Positions 11,705 through 21,076 of a DNA stretch of 64,000 nt are shown in pieces (the first letter of the stretch is position 1; each line of letters begins with the position of its first letter). The DNA lies in assembly GCA_019244185.1 (NCBI GenBank), contig JAFATB010000023.1:480001-544000 (forward strand), given 5' to 3'. The position numbers were made by a program, and so were the translations under genes. The notes below the pieces were generated by a model. It searched no databases, had not been told where the DNA came from, and saw nothing but the letters and a program-made list of their open reading frames with translations. The DNA is from Acidobacteriota bacterium (GTDB taxonomy: Bacteria > Acidobacteriota > Thermoanaerobaculia > Gp7-AA8).

Positions 11705-12463
11705 TTATTGCGGTTTGGCCGCCGGCGCTTCCGCCGTCTTCGCCGGGATCGCGAACAGCGCGTCGGCGACGACGGGGTTCACCTCGACCTTCGTGATGTT
11801 GATGCGCTGGCCGCCCGGCTGTCCCGCGCGTTTGACTTCGAGCGAGTAGGCGAACAGCACTCCGTTGACTTCCTGATAGTTGCCGATCGAGGTCTGCGTC
11901 TCGACGTCCTCGCCGTGCATGTGGCGCCGCGAGTCGGCGCGCACTTCGAGAAACGAGTCGGCGTCGATGTAAAGCGTGCGATCGACGGTGCCTTCTTTCG
12001 AGACGTGCAGCTTGTAGGCGGGCGTGCCTTCGATCTCGCTCTTGCCGAGGAGCTCGAGCTTGTAGCCCTTCTTCGCGGCGTCGACGATCGCGCCGTCGAA
12101 GTCCGCTTCTTCGCGGATCTGATCGAGCAGTTCGCCCGACAGCACTTCCGGATCCTTCTTGCCCATGAACGGCATCACCGCCCAGCCGGTCGTGCCGTCG
12201 TACGCGCGCGAGCCGGTCATGCCTTGCAGCGTGAAGTCGATGCGCACTTTCTCGGGGCGCTTCTTGGTGATCGTGAGCGGGACGTCGGAGCCGTGCATCG
12301 ACATCGTGCCGGTGAGGCGGAGCGTCTGCACGGCGTGCAGTTTTTCGAGACCGCCGCGCGCGGCGGCGTTGCGGGCGAGGATGTCGTCGAGCGTGAGCTC
12401 CGCCGCGGACGACGTGACTGCGATGGACAGAGCAACAGCGAGGACGATGAGATTGCGTTTCAT
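11705..12463 (-). CDS. LolA-like outer-membrane lipoprotein-sorting family protein, paralogue 2
   Basis: Signal peptide; ILARNAAARGGLEKL, KRP.KVR, AYDG..GW, LYIDA.SFL, NYQEVNG..F; AAGGAG RBS. Confidence 0.75.
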   Translation of the reverse strand: MKRNLIVLAVALSIAVTSSAAELTLDDILARNAAARGGLEKLHAVQTLRLTGTMSMHGSDVPLTITKKRPEKVRIDFTLQGMTGSRAYDGTTGWAVMPFMGKKDPEVLSGELLDQIREEADFDGAIVDAAKKGYKLELLGKSEIEGTPAYKLHVSKEGTVDRTLYIDADSFLEVRADSRRHMHGEDVETQTSIGNYQEVNGVLFAYSLEVKRAGQPGGQRINITKVEVNPVVADALFAIPAKTAEAPAAKPQ

Positions 12464-12526
12464 CGGAATTCTCCTTCGGCGTTCATGAGGTCGAGAGCAG
12501 AACGCGCGAAGGCGGGGAAAGTTGCA

Positions 12527-12561
12527 GCGGCGCCGCGAATCACACCACTTCGCGGCGCCGC
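12527..12561 (-). terminator. 13-bp GC hairpin between the two LolA-like paralogues (terminator or stabiliser)
   Basis: GCGGCGCCGCGAA-N9-TTCGCGGCGCCGC; U-tract weak. Confidence 0.5.
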
Positions 12562-12574
12562 CGCGGTTCGAATG

Positions 12575-13333
12575 CTACTGCTGCGGCTTCGCGGCCGGCG
12601 CCTCGGCCTTCTTCGGCATCTTGAAGAGGTCGTCGGCCATCACCGGGTTCACCTCGATCTTCTCGACCGTGATGACCTGCGAGCCCGGCTGCCCCTTCGC
12701 CTTCGACTCCATCGAGTACGGGAAGAGCATGCCGTTGACTTCCTGGTAGTTGCCGAGCGTGGTCTCGGTCTCGACGTCCTGTCCCTGCATCTTCCGCTTG
12801 CCTTCCATGCGGATCTCGAGGAACGAGTCGGCGTCGAGGTAGACGAGGGTCTCGTCGCCGTCCTTGGTCACCTTCAGTTTGTAGGCGGGCGAGCCTTCGA
12901 TCTCGGTCTTGCCGAGGAGCTCGACCTTGTAGCCCTTCTTCGCGGAGTCGATGAACGGGCCGTCGAAGTCGGCCTGCTCCTTGGCGTCCTTGAGCATGTC
13001 GCCGGAGAGAGGCTCGGCGTCCTTCTTGCCCATGAACGGCATGAGCATCCAGCCGGTCGAACCGTCGTAGGCCTGCGAGCCGGTCATGCCCTGGATGGTG
13101 AAGTCGACGCGCATGTTCTCGGGGCGCTTCTTCGACATCGTGAACGGCGCTTCCATGCCGCCCATGTTCATCTTGCCGCTGTACTTGATCGACTGGACGG
13201 CTTTGATCTTCTCGAGGCCGCCGCGGGCGGCGACGTTCTTGGCGATGATTTCATCGAGGGTCAGCTCCGCCGCGGACGCGGTGACCGCGAGGCACAGAGC
13301 TGCCGCGAGAGACAAAATGAGACGTTGACGCAT
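12575..13333 (-). CDS. LolA-like outer-membrane lipoprotein-sorting family protein, paralogue 1
   Basis: Colinear with 11705..12463 along its full length; AAGGAG RBS before ATG 13333; TACAAT -10 upstream. Confidence 0.78.
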   Translation of the reverse strand: MRQRLILSLAAALCLAVTASAAELTLDEIIAKNVAARGGLEKIKAVQSIKYSGKMNMGGMEAPFTMSKKRPENMRVDFTIQGMTGSQAYDGSTGWMLMPFMGKKDAEPLSGDMLKDAKEQADFDGPFIDSAKKGYKVELLGKTEIEGSPAYKLKVTKDGDETLVYLDADSFLEIRMEGKRKMQGQDVETETTLGNYQEVNGMLFPYSMESKAKGQPGSQVITVEKIEVNPVMADDLFKMPKKAEAPAAKPQQ

Positions 13334-13435
13334 TGAGGTTCTCCTTCTTTGGACACACGTTGGACGCACTGACTCCGTGCATTGTACGAGAGCGCCCGCG
13401 GAAGGTTGTGGCGAAAGGTCGAAAAAGGCGCGCGC

Positions 13436-14743
13436 TCAGCGGGGCGTGACGCGCCAGATCGTGTTGCCGACGTCGTCGGCCACGAGCAGCGCGCCCGCGC
13501 GGTCGAAGACGACGCCGACGGGACGGCCGCGCGCTTCTTCCTTCTCGTCGACGAAGCCGGAGAGCACGTCTTCCGCCGCTCCGGAAGGATGGCCGTCCGT
13601 AAACGGCACGAAGAGCACTTTGTAGCCGCTCAGCGGCCGGCGGTTCCACGAGCCGTGCTGGCCGACGAACGCGCCGCCGGCGTAGTGCGCGGGGAAGAGC
13701 GTGCCCTCGTCGAACGCGAGCCCGAGCGAGGCGGTGTGCGGTCCGACCGCGTAGTCGGGCACGAGCGCGCTGGCGACGAGGTCGGGCCGCTGCGGCGTGA
13801 CGCGCGCGTCGACGTGCTGGCCGAAGTAGCTGTACGGCCAGCCGTAGAAGCCGCCGTCTTTGACGGAGGTGATGTAGTCGGGCACGAGGTCGCTGCCGAT
13901 CTCGTCGCGCTCGTTGACGGCCGCCCACAGCGCGCCGGTGCGCGGCTCCCACGCTAGGCCGTTCGCGTTGCGCAGGCCGGAGGCGAAGATCCGCGAGCGG
14001 CCGCTGGCGAGATCGATCTCGAAGATGTCCGCGCGATTCGTCTCGACGGCCATCCCGTGCTCGGCGGCGTTGCTGTTCGAGCCGATGGTCGCGTAGAGCT
14101 TCGCGCCGTCGCGGCTGGCGAGGATGTTTTTCGTCCAGTGATGGTTGCGCGTGCCGGCCGGAAGATCGGCGACTTTCATCGGCGTCGCGGAGATCTGCGT
14201 CGCGCCGTCGGCGTACGGGAAGCGAACCACGGCGTCGGTGTTCGCGACGTAGAGGTCGTGGCCGACGAGCGCCATGCCGAACGGCGAGTTGAGGCCCTGC
14301 AGGAAGACGGTGCGCGTTTCGGCGACGCCGTCGCGATCGGCGTCGCGCAGGAGGGTGATGCGGTTCGCGCTCGGCGTCGCGGAGCCGGCGTGGCGCATGA
14401 AGAAGGCCATGAACTTCGCCTTGATGCCCTTCTGTTCGTCCGGACGCGGCGGCGCGTTCGTCTCGGCGACGAGCACGTCGCCGTTCGGCAGCACGTACAG
14501 CCAGCGCGGGTGATCGAGGCCGGTGGCGAACGCGTTCACGGTCAGTCCCGCCGCGGGCGTCGGCATCACGCCCGCCGGCCACCCTTTCGCCGGCGCGATC
14601 TTGACGGTCGGGATGAGCTGCGGATGCGGCGCGGGCAGTTCGGGACTCGGTCCCATGCCCGCCTGTACGGGCAGCCGCGCGGATTCGCTGCAGGCGGCGA
14701 GGCCGAGCACGACGATGAGCGAGAGAGCGAGTTTGCCGCGCAT
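13436..14743 (-). CDS. PQQ-dependent sugar/L-sorbosone dehydrogenase family lipoprotein
   Basis: Lipobox LAAC; [47 protein letters not shown]. Confidence 0.88.
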   Translation of the reverse strand: MRGKLALSLIVVLGLAACSESARLPVQAGMGPSPELPAPHPQLIPTVKIAPAKGWPAGVMPTPAAGLTVNAFATGLDHPRWLYVLPNGDVLVAETNAPPRPDEQKGIKAKFMAFFMRHAGSATPSANRITLLRDADRDGVAETRTVFLQGLNSPFGMALVGHDLYVANTDAVVRFPYADGATQISATPMKVADLPAGTRNHHWTKNILASRDGAKLYATIGSNSNAAEHGMAVETNRADIFEIDLASGRSRIFASGLRNANGLAWEPRTGALWAAVNERDEIGSDLVPDYITSVKDGGFYGWPYSYFGQHVDARVTPQRPDLVASALVPDYAVGPHTASLGLAFDEGTLFPAHYAGGAFVGQHGSWNRRPLSGYKVLFVPFTDGHPSGAAEDVLSGFVDEKEEARGRPVGVVFDRAGALLVADDVGNTIWRVTPR

Positions 14744-14755
14744 GGAGAAGCGCGC

Positions 14756-14772
14756 AGCAAGAGGTGAGCCTG
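14756..14772 (-). promoter_or_regulatory. Possible sigma54-type -24/-12 element
   Basis: Minus strand CAGGCTCACCTCTTGCT (GG-N10-GC), 13 nt before the ATG. Confidence 0.35.
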
Positions 14773-14789
14773 CGAGCTGAATCAGCCAG

Positions 14790-16442
14790 CTACGCCGTCA
14801 TCGCCGGCAGCATCGTGAGGAACCGCTCGATGAGCGCGGCGTCGAACTGCGTGCCCGCGCCTTCGCGCAGCTTCACGGCGGCGCGCTCGCGCGCGATGGG
14901 CGGCTGATACGAGCGCTCGGAGGTCATCGCGATCCACGCGTCGGCGATCTGCAGGATGCGCGAGGCGAGCGGGATCTGCGAGCCGCTCATGCGGCTGGGA
15001 TAGCCCTTGCCGTCGACGCGCTCGTGATGGCGGAGCACGGCCTGCGCGACGTCGCTGCCGAGGATCGGCTCGACGAGCGCGGCGCCGACGACGGGGTGCT
15101 CCGCGAGGCCGCGCAGTTCATCGCTCGTCAGCGCGGGGCGTTTGTACAGACGCTCGTAATCGAGGAGGCGCAGCCCCGCGTCGTGCACGAGCGCGGCGAT
15201 GCGCACGGTCTCGATCTGCGTCGCGGGCAGTCCCAATGCTTTGGCAAAGCGCCGCGAGAGCTCGGAGACCGAGCGGCAATGTTCGGCGAGCTCGGGGAAC
15301 TTCTGGAAGTCGGGCTCGAGAATGCGCTCGGCGAGGAGCTGGCGGTCCTGCCGTCCCGACGCGGCTACGAACGCGGCCTCGATGAACGGCTCGATCGACT
15401 TGACGAAGAGCTGCACGCCGCGCTGCGCCTGCACTTCCGTGATGCGGTCGAACGCGACGGTGACGAGCAGGCCGTCGATGGTCTGCGCGTTGAGCGGCGC
15501 GGTGACGATCGCGCCGACGTTGGCCATCGTGATCGGCACGCTCTGCGTTCCGAACGGCATCGACGGCTCGATGCGCGTCGTCGCGTGCGGCTGGTTCGCG
15601 CGTTTGAGGCCTGCCTGCAGATGCTGCTCGATCGCGGTCATGGCGTCGTCGGCGACGCCCGAGCGCGCGGCGACGGCCTGCGGGTTCTGCAGCTGGCCCA
15701 TGACGCTCACGCACGCGACGACCGCGTACGGGATGCCGAGGGCCGACGGCAGCAGCAGGCGCAGCACGTCGAGGTCCGACTCGACGATCGTGCGCTTGCC
15801 GCTCGGCGGCGCGACGAGCTGCCGCTTCGAGAGGTACTGCCGCGCCGCCTCGATCGCGCGCAGCGCTTCCGGCGAGAACACCTGTCCCGCTTGCGCGGGT
15901 CGCGGCGCCGCGGGCTCCGGTGTCGGGCGCACGATGTTGGCCGGATCGAGCGGGCGCGTCGGGTCTTCGACGAGCGCGATCGAGCCGAGGCCGAACAGCT
16001 TGTTCGTGGCGAGCACGGCCAGCATCTGATCGCTGATCCTCCTCGCCGCCTCGACGTCGGGGACATCGAACGGCTTCTTGCCCGCTTTGTCGCGCATGTC
16101 GATGAAGCCGACCATGCGGCCGCGCCCGAAGAGCGGGGCCACGAGCAGGCGGTCGTTCCCCTGGCGGAAGAGCATCTCCGCGAAGCGCTGATCGGCGCTG
16201 AGACCGTTGACGTAGAAGGGGTTGCGCTTGACGGCCATGCGGTCGACGAGATCGTCGTTCGCGCTCACCACGCGCCGGTCGGCGACGTTGTACTGGTAGC
16301 TCGTCACGATCTCGAACGTCTTCGCGTTGAGGTCGTGCGTCGACGACAGATACAGCGCGGCCTTCGTTGCCTGCACGTGCTCGACGCAGCCGTAGAGAAT
16401 CTGCTTCAGCTGCGCCTCGATCGACTTCACTTCCGGGAGCAT
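14790..16442 (-). CDS. GAF plus HD-GYP domain protein (c-di-GMP phosphodiesterase-like)
   Basis: N-terminal GAF-like ([13 protein letters not shown]); C-terminal VHDAG...EHP..G...[11 protein letters not shown]...IPLASRI...AD, GTQFD. Confidence 0.85.
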   Translation of the reverse strand: MLPEVKSIEAQLKQILYGCVEHVQATKAALYLSSTHDLNAKTFEIVTSYQYNVADRRVVSANDDLVDRMAVKRNPFYVNGLSADQRFAEMLFRQGNDRLLVAPLFGRGRMVGFIDMRDKAGKKPFDVPDVEAARRISDQMLAVLATNKLFGLGSIALVEDPTRPLDPANIVRPTPEPAAPRPAQAGQVFSPEALRAIEAARQYLSKRQLVAPPSGKRTIVESDLDVLRLLLPSALGIPYAVVACVSVMGQLQNPQAVAARSGVADDAMTAIEQHLQAGLKRANQPHATTRIEPSMPFGTQSVPITMANVGAIVTAPLNAQTIDGLLVTVAFDRITEVQAQRGVQLFVKSIEPFIEAAFVAASGRQDRQLLAERILEPDFQKFPELAEHCRSVSELSRRFAKALGLPATQIETVRIAALVHDAGLRLLDYERLYKRPALTSDELRGLAEHPVVGAALVEPILGSDVAQAVLRHHERVDGKGYPSRMSGSQIPLASRILQIADAWIAMTSERSYQPPIARERAAVKLREGAGTQFDAALIERFLTMLPAMTA

Positions 16443-16457
16443 GGTGGACGGGACAGA

Positions 16458-16925
16458 TTACTCGAATTCGAAGCGCACGCGCAGCCGTGCATGGCCGAGA
16501 CACGCGCCGGCCACCGCACCGATCGTGTTCCAGATGACGTCGTTGATGTCCGCCACGCGCGAAGGGAGGAAGTATTGCCATCCTTCGATCGCGAGAGAAA
16601 GGGAAAAACCGATGAGAATCGTGAGGATGTACGTCTGCATCGTCGGCCTCTCCACGCTGTAGAGCAGGATGAACAGAAAGAAGCCGAACGGGAGAAACAG
16701 CAGGACGTTGGCGATGATCGGCACGACCAGCACGGCCAGGATGTGCGTCGAGATCGGCCGGGCTTCGACGCGATGGATGAGAAACCGCACGTCGTCGAAG
16801 GGAATCGGGTCGAGGTTCGCGTAGCTCTTGCCCGACATCCATACGGTCACCGTCGCGATGACCACGATCGTCGCGAGCAGCAGCAGGACGGTGACGGGAC
16901 GGCGGATGACGACTTGCGCGGGCAT
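16458..16925 (-). CDS. VanZ-like family membrane protein
   Basis: NL.PF, NVLLFLPFGF, SLAIE..Q, R.ADINDVIWNT.G motifs. Confidence 0.85.
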   Translation of the reverse strand: MPAQVVIRRPVTVLLLLATIVVIATVTVWMSGKSYANLDPIPFDDVRFLIHRVEARPISTHILAVLVVPIIANVLLFLPFGFFLFILLYSVERPTMQTYILTILIGFSLSLAIEGWQYFLPSRVADINDVIWNTIGAVAGACLGHARLRVRFEFE

Positions 16926-16967
16926 AGAAGCCGGACGGAACTCGCCCGCTGTTTTACCATGCTCCTC

Positions 16968-17627
16968 ATGAACCTCGGCGAACGCGTGCGCATCCGCAGA
17001 GTGGACGCCGGCCTCACGCAGGCGCGCCTCGCGCGCATCGCCGGCGTGAGCCGCCGCCATCTCGCCGCGCTGGAGAAAGGCGCGAACGTTTCCCTCCTGG
17101 TGCTGAAGCGCGTCTCCGACGTCCTCGACGTTTCGCCCGCGACGTTCTTCGCGAGCGACGCGCCGCGCGCGGCGTTCACGCCGCGCTATGCGTCCGTATT
17201 TTTGAGCTACGGCGGTCCCGACGAGGCGGTCGCGCGACGCATCTACGAGGAGCTGACGTTCGCCGGCGTGCGTTGCTTCTTCTTTCCGGTGAGCGCGATT
17301 CCCGGCATCCGCCTCCACCGCACGATGTCCGAGGCCATTCGCCAGTTCGATCGCGTGGTGCTGCTTTGCTCGGAGGCGGGGCTGCAACGTCCGGGCGTCG
17401 CGAACGAGCTCGAACAGGTGCTCGCGCGCGAGGCCGAAGAAGGCGGCGCGGAGCTGATCATTCCGGTGGCGCTCGACGACGTGCTCTTCCCCGCCACCGC
17501 CGCGCGGCATCACGTGCTGGCGCAGATCCGCCAGCGCGTCATTGCCGACTTTCGCAATGCGCTGAGCGACGACGAGGCGTGGCGGCGCGGAATCGATCTG
17601 CTTCTCAAGTCGCTGCGGGAGCGGTGA
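16968..17627 (+). CDS. XRE-family HTH fused to a TIR domain
   Basis: LGERVRIRR...GLTQARLA...GVSRRHLAALEKG HTH; VFLSYGGPD box 1, AIRQFDRVVLLCS, VANEL, IIPVALDD; TACCAT -10 seven nt before ATG. Hidden at the 3' end of ORF 15024..17627. Confidence 0.82.
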   Translation: MNLGERVRIRRVDAGLTQARLARIAGVSRRHLAALEKGANVSLLVLKRVSDVLDVSPATFFASDAPRAAFTPRYASVFLSYGGPDEAVARRIYEELTFAGVRCFFFPVSAIPGIRLHRTMSEAIRQFDRVVLLCSEAGLQRPGVANELEQVLAREAEEGGAELIIPVALDDVLFPATAARHHVLAQIRQRVIADFRNALSDDEAWRRGIDLLLKSLRER

Positions 17628-17654
17628 CGGCGTGCCCGAGGAAACCGCTGCGCG

Positions 17655-17931
17655 CTACCGCAGCGTGATGGCGTGGCAGACCGTGCACAGCATGGCCGTC
17701 CGAGTCTTGCCGGCGCGCACGAGCGTCCTTCGTTCGCCATGCGGCGGCGCGAACACCAGCCGGCGTACGGACTGCTTCCAGCTCACGAGCGCCCGCCAGC
17801 CGCTGCGCTGCACGCGCACGACGCCGAGGATCACCTCGGCCGCGCAGAGGGGCCTCGGCCCAGTTCGCCCGCAGCTCCGAGAAACCGGCGTTCAGTTCGC
17901 TGCCGCAGAACGGGCACGGCCGCGTCGCCAC
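17655..17931 (-). pseudogene. Small zinc-ribbon protein (CPFC...CTVC), apparently frameshifted
   Basis: GTG at 17931 overlaps the tonB-like stop and gives MATRPCPFCGSELNAGF; a second frame gives PLCAAEVILG...AMLCTVCHAITLR*; span 277 nt. Confidence 0.45.
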
Positions 17932-18899
17932 TACGACTGCGGCACCTGCATGTTGTAGTAGAACGTCGCGGTCACGCGCTCGCTCGGCTTCGGGAACTCC
18001 TTCGGGAGCGCGTTGAGCGGGGAGGAGAGCTCGATCGCTTTCTTCGCGGCGTAGTCGTACGGCGGAATCCCGGACGGCCGCACGATCGTGACGTCGGTGA
18101 TGCGGCCGTCGCGCTGGATCGTGAAGCGGATCGAGACGAAGCCCTGCATGCCCGTCTTGAGGATCGGCGGCATGTTGCCGTACCAGTTCACGCGGATGCG
18201 GCTCACCATCGACTGCGCGTAGTCGCCCCAGTCGAACCACGACGTCTCGAACGAGATCGGTCCTTCTTTCGCGAAGCCTTTCTCGCCGCCGAGCTCCGGC
18301 GCGTCGACGCCGTCGCCGCGCGCGCCGCCGGGCGCGATCACTTTGCTCACCTCGCGAATCGCGGTCTTCCAGTCGACGGGCCCGGCCGGCGCGGCCGCGG
18401 CAGCTTTGGTCGGATCCTCGCGATACGTGAGGCCGTCGGGAAGCGGCTGCTGCTGCGCCTGCGGCGCGCTCTGCGTCGGCGGCGCGAGGTTCGGCGACGC
18501 GCTGCGCGGCTGCATGGCCGCGCGCGGGGTAGGAGCGCTCGTCCGCTGCTGCATCGGCGGTGAATAGACGCCGCCGTTCTCGCCGGGCCGCATCGTGGGA
18601 CGATCGCCGGTCGGATGCGGCATGCTCGCCTCGCGGTTCGCGTCGGACGGCGGCGCCTGCAGCGGCTTGCGGTCGATCTGGTGTCCCGGCGCCTCGGTGA
18701 ACTGCTGCGGGTTCTGCTTGATCAGCTCGACGTAGCGCGCGATCGGCACTTCCGCGGCGCGCGGCGCAACGCGCGTCGAACGGATGAACCAGACCACCAG
18801 CAGCGAGTGGACGATCATCGAAACGACGACGGCGATGCTGAGGCCTTTGCCGGTCTTCGGCTCCTCTTCCACAGCAACGAGATCGATCGGGTCGTCCAA
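17931..18899 (-). CDS. TonB/TolA-family energy transducer
   Basis: N-terminal TM with SxxxH (SMIVH), Pro/Gln-rich linker, C-terminal domain (Y...MVSRIRVNW...FTIQRDG.I....SG...YD.AA..AI). Confidence 0.82.
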   Translation of the reverse strand: MDDPIDLVAVEEEPKTGKGLSIAVVVSMIVHSLLVVWFIRSTRVAPRAAEVPIARYVELIKQNPQQFTEAPGHQIDRKPLQAPPSDANREASMPHPTGDRPTMRPGENGGVYSPPMQQRTSAPTPRAAMQPRSASPNLAPPTQSAPQAQQQPLPDGLTYREDPTKAAAAAPAGPVDWKTAIREVSKVIAPGGARGDGVDAPELGGEKGFAKEGPISFETSWFDWGDYAQSMVSRIRVNWYGNMPPILKTGMQGFVSIRFTIQRDGRITDVTIVRPSGIPPYDYAAKKAIELSSPLNALPKEFPKPSERVTATFYYNMQVPQS

Positions 18900-18959
18900 G
18901 GTTCGCTACAACATTGACGGACCACGTTTCTTCCAAGTTACGAGGTGTACACTCCGGCC

Positions 18960-19715
18960 ATGTCCGACGTGCCGTTCACCCCCGAGCCGCCGTCTCCGGT
19001 GCCCCCTCCGCCGCCTCCGCCCACCGCGCCGGCAACGCAGGAGTTCGACTTCGTCAAGCCGTTCTCGTTCGTCTTCGACGATCCGCGCTGGGTGAACAAG
19101 ATCCTGCTCGGCGGTCTCTTTTATCTCGCCGGGTTTCTGCTCGTCGGCTGGTTCTTCATCCTCGGCTATGTCGCGCAGCTGATGCGCAACGTGATCCTCG
19201 GCCAGCCGCGGCCGCTTCCGGAATGGGACAACCTCAGCGACTACTTCGGCGAAGGCGCGCTGCTCTTCGCCGTCGGCTTCGTCTGGATGCTGCCGATCTT
19301 CGCGCTCGTCGGCATCATCATCGTGCCGGCGATCGTCAGCGGCGCGCTCGACGCGCACCACACCGCGGCGGCGCAGGCGGCGAGCTTCATGACCGCGGGC
19401 GTCACGGCCGTCTTCTCCTGTCTCATGGTGCCGCTCGGTCTGGCCGTCACGGTGTTCCTGCCGGCGTCGTTTCTCTTCGTCGTCGTCGAGCGGCGTTTCG
19501 GCGCGGCGTTCGAGTTCGCGCGCATCTGGGCGTTCATCCGCAACAATCTCGCGAACTATCTCCTGGCCGTCGTCGTGTATCTCATCGCGCGCTTCCTCGC
19601 GGGCTTCGGGATCGCGCTCTGCTGCATCGGCGTCGTCTTCACCGGCTTCTGGTCGTTCCTCATTACCGGCTACGCGTTCGCGCAGACGTATCGACTCGCC
19701 ACGACGCCGCGATGA
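18960..19715 (+). CDS. DUF4013 family membrane protein
   Basis: FSFVFDDPRWVNKILLGG, GY, LPEWD, AAFEF..IW motifs; TACACT -10 six nt upstream. Confidence 0.8.
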   Translation: MSDVPFTPEPPSPVPPPPPPPTAPATQEFDFVKPFSFVFDDPRWVNKILLGGLFYLAGFLLVGWFFILGYVAQLMRNVILGQPRPLPEWDNLSDYFGEGALLFAVGFVWMLPIFALVGIIIVPAIVSGALDAHHTAAAQAASFMTAGVTAVFSCLMVPLGLAVTVFLPASFLFVVVERRFGAAFEFARIWAFIRNNLANYLLAVVVYLIARFLAGFGIALCCIGVVFTGFWSFLITGYAFAQTYRLATTPR

Positions 19716-20173
19716 TGCGACGCGACACGAAGATCGTGTTCGCGCTCGTCGGCGCGGTGCCGGTGTCGATCCTCGCGGCGGCGACGTTGTGCTCGTGGGC
19801 GATCGCGCGCGGCGCGTCGATGCAGTGGCGCTTGCTGTTCCGCATGCTCTGTCACGGCATTCCGCGGCGCTGCTTCGAGCTGTTCGGCGCGCCGATGCCG
19901 ATCTGCGCGCGCTGCACCGGGATCTACATCGGGATGCTCGGCGGGATGTGCGCGTTTTTGCTCCTGCCGGCGGTGCGCGAACGGTTCGCGCGGATCGCTG
20001 CATTCGCGGCCGTGACGCCGCTCGCGATCGACGGTCTGACGCAGCTCGCGGGGCTGCGCGAGAGCGTGAATCCGCTGCGTCTCGCGACCGGTCTCGTCGC
20101 CGGTTTGGCCTTTGGATTCTGGATTTTGACCGCGGTCGAGCATCGCGATGACGCGCTGTTGACCAATCCTTGA
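19712..20173 (+). CDS. DUF2085 family membrane protein
   Basis: CH..PRR.F....MPICARCTGIY, DGLTQ..GLRES.N.LR..TG. Confidence 0.85.
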   Translation: MMRRDTKIVFALVGAVPVSILAAATLCSWAIARGASMQWRLLFRMLCHGIPRRCFELFGAPMPICARCTGIYIGMLGGMCAFLLLPAVRERFARIAAFAAVTPLAIDGLTQLAGLRESVNPLRLATGLVAGLAFGFWILTAVEHRDDALLTNP

Positions 20174-20216
20174 CCTGTCAAGATCGCTGGGTTACGCTTC
20201 AGCGACATCCAACGTC

Positions 20217-21026
20217 ATGGCATTCCAAGGCTCCCTCAAAGAACTGCCGTTGCCCGACATCATCCAGCTGGTGAGCGTGTCGGGAAAAACGGGCAAGTTC
20301 ACGCTCACACGCGACGGAGACCGCGGGTTCATCTACCTGAAAAACGGGCAGATGGTGCACGCCATCGTCGGCGATCTCATCGGCGAGGAAGCGATCTACT
20401 CGCTCGCCATCTGGAACCAGGGCGAGTTCCAGTTCAGCCCCGGTGAAGAGCCCGATCGCCAGACCATCACGAAGTCGAACACGAACCTGCTGATGGAAGC
20501 CGCGCGCCGCCTCGACGAGTGGCGCGTGCTGTCGAAGAAGATCCCGTCGGTCGATCACGTACCCGAGCTCCTCGCGCGCGAGAACCGCCACGAGCAGGTC
20601 ACGCTGAACCCGCACGAGTGGATGCTGATCACGAAGATCGACAGCCACCGTTCCATCGCCGAGATCGGCCGCGCGCTGAACCTCTCCTCGTTCGACGTCG
20701 CGAAAATCCTCTACGGGATGATCACGGGCGAACTGGTCCAGCTAAAAAAAAAAATTGATTTCGGCGACGACCGGGAAAACGGAGAGCTCGTCGACCTTGC
20801 CGCACGCATTCGCGCGGTAGCCGAGGAGTTCATCGGCGACAGCGCGCACAAGACGATCGAGAAACACTTCCTCCACGCCCTCGACTCGATCATGAACGGC
20901 AGCGGCCCCGGCGCCGTCGAGACGATGGTGCAGGAGTTCGAGAAAACCGCGTCGCTTCTGCGCGGCATCGCCGTGACCGAGAAGCTGCGGTCGCGCATCG
21001 CCGAAGTGCGGCAGCTGGCCAGCTGA
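20217..21026 (+). CDS. DUF4388 (PatA_N-like) domain protein with wHTH-like middle and helical C-terminal domain
   Basis: MAFQGSLKELPLPDIIQL...KTG...G.IY..NG..VHA...GEEA...W..GEF.F...LLMEAARRLDEW. Confidence 0.85.
   Translation: MAFQGSLKELPLPDIIQLVSVSGKTGKFTLTRDGDRGFIYLKNGQMVHAIVGDLIGEEAIYSLAIWNQGEFQFSPGEEPDRQTITKSNTNLLMEAARRLDEWRVLSKKIPSVDHVPELLARENRHEQVTLNPHEWMLITKIDSHRSIAEIGRALNLSSFDVAKILYGMITGELVQLKKKIDFGDDRENGELVDLAARIRAVAEEFIGDSAHKTIEKHFLHALDSIMNGSGPGAVETMVQEFEKTASLLRGIAVTEKLRSRIAEVRQLAS
20744..20754 (+). repeat. A11 homopolymer inside the DUF4388 gene
   Basis: CTA AAA AAA AAA ATT. Confidence 0.9.
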
Positions 21027-21076
21027 CCACACGCGCCCGTTGTTAACCACTAGCCGTCCGGCGGGTTGTATCCGCC

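Noticed and set aside
16458-16925. Glycopeptide resistance locus
   Set aside because: VanZ-like proteins are widespread and no vanHAX/vanRS genes are present.
15024-16967. 867-aa ORF as a single large TIR protein
   Set aside because: The upstream part is antisense to the HD-GYP and vanZ-like genes; the real gene starts at 16968 (or 16959).
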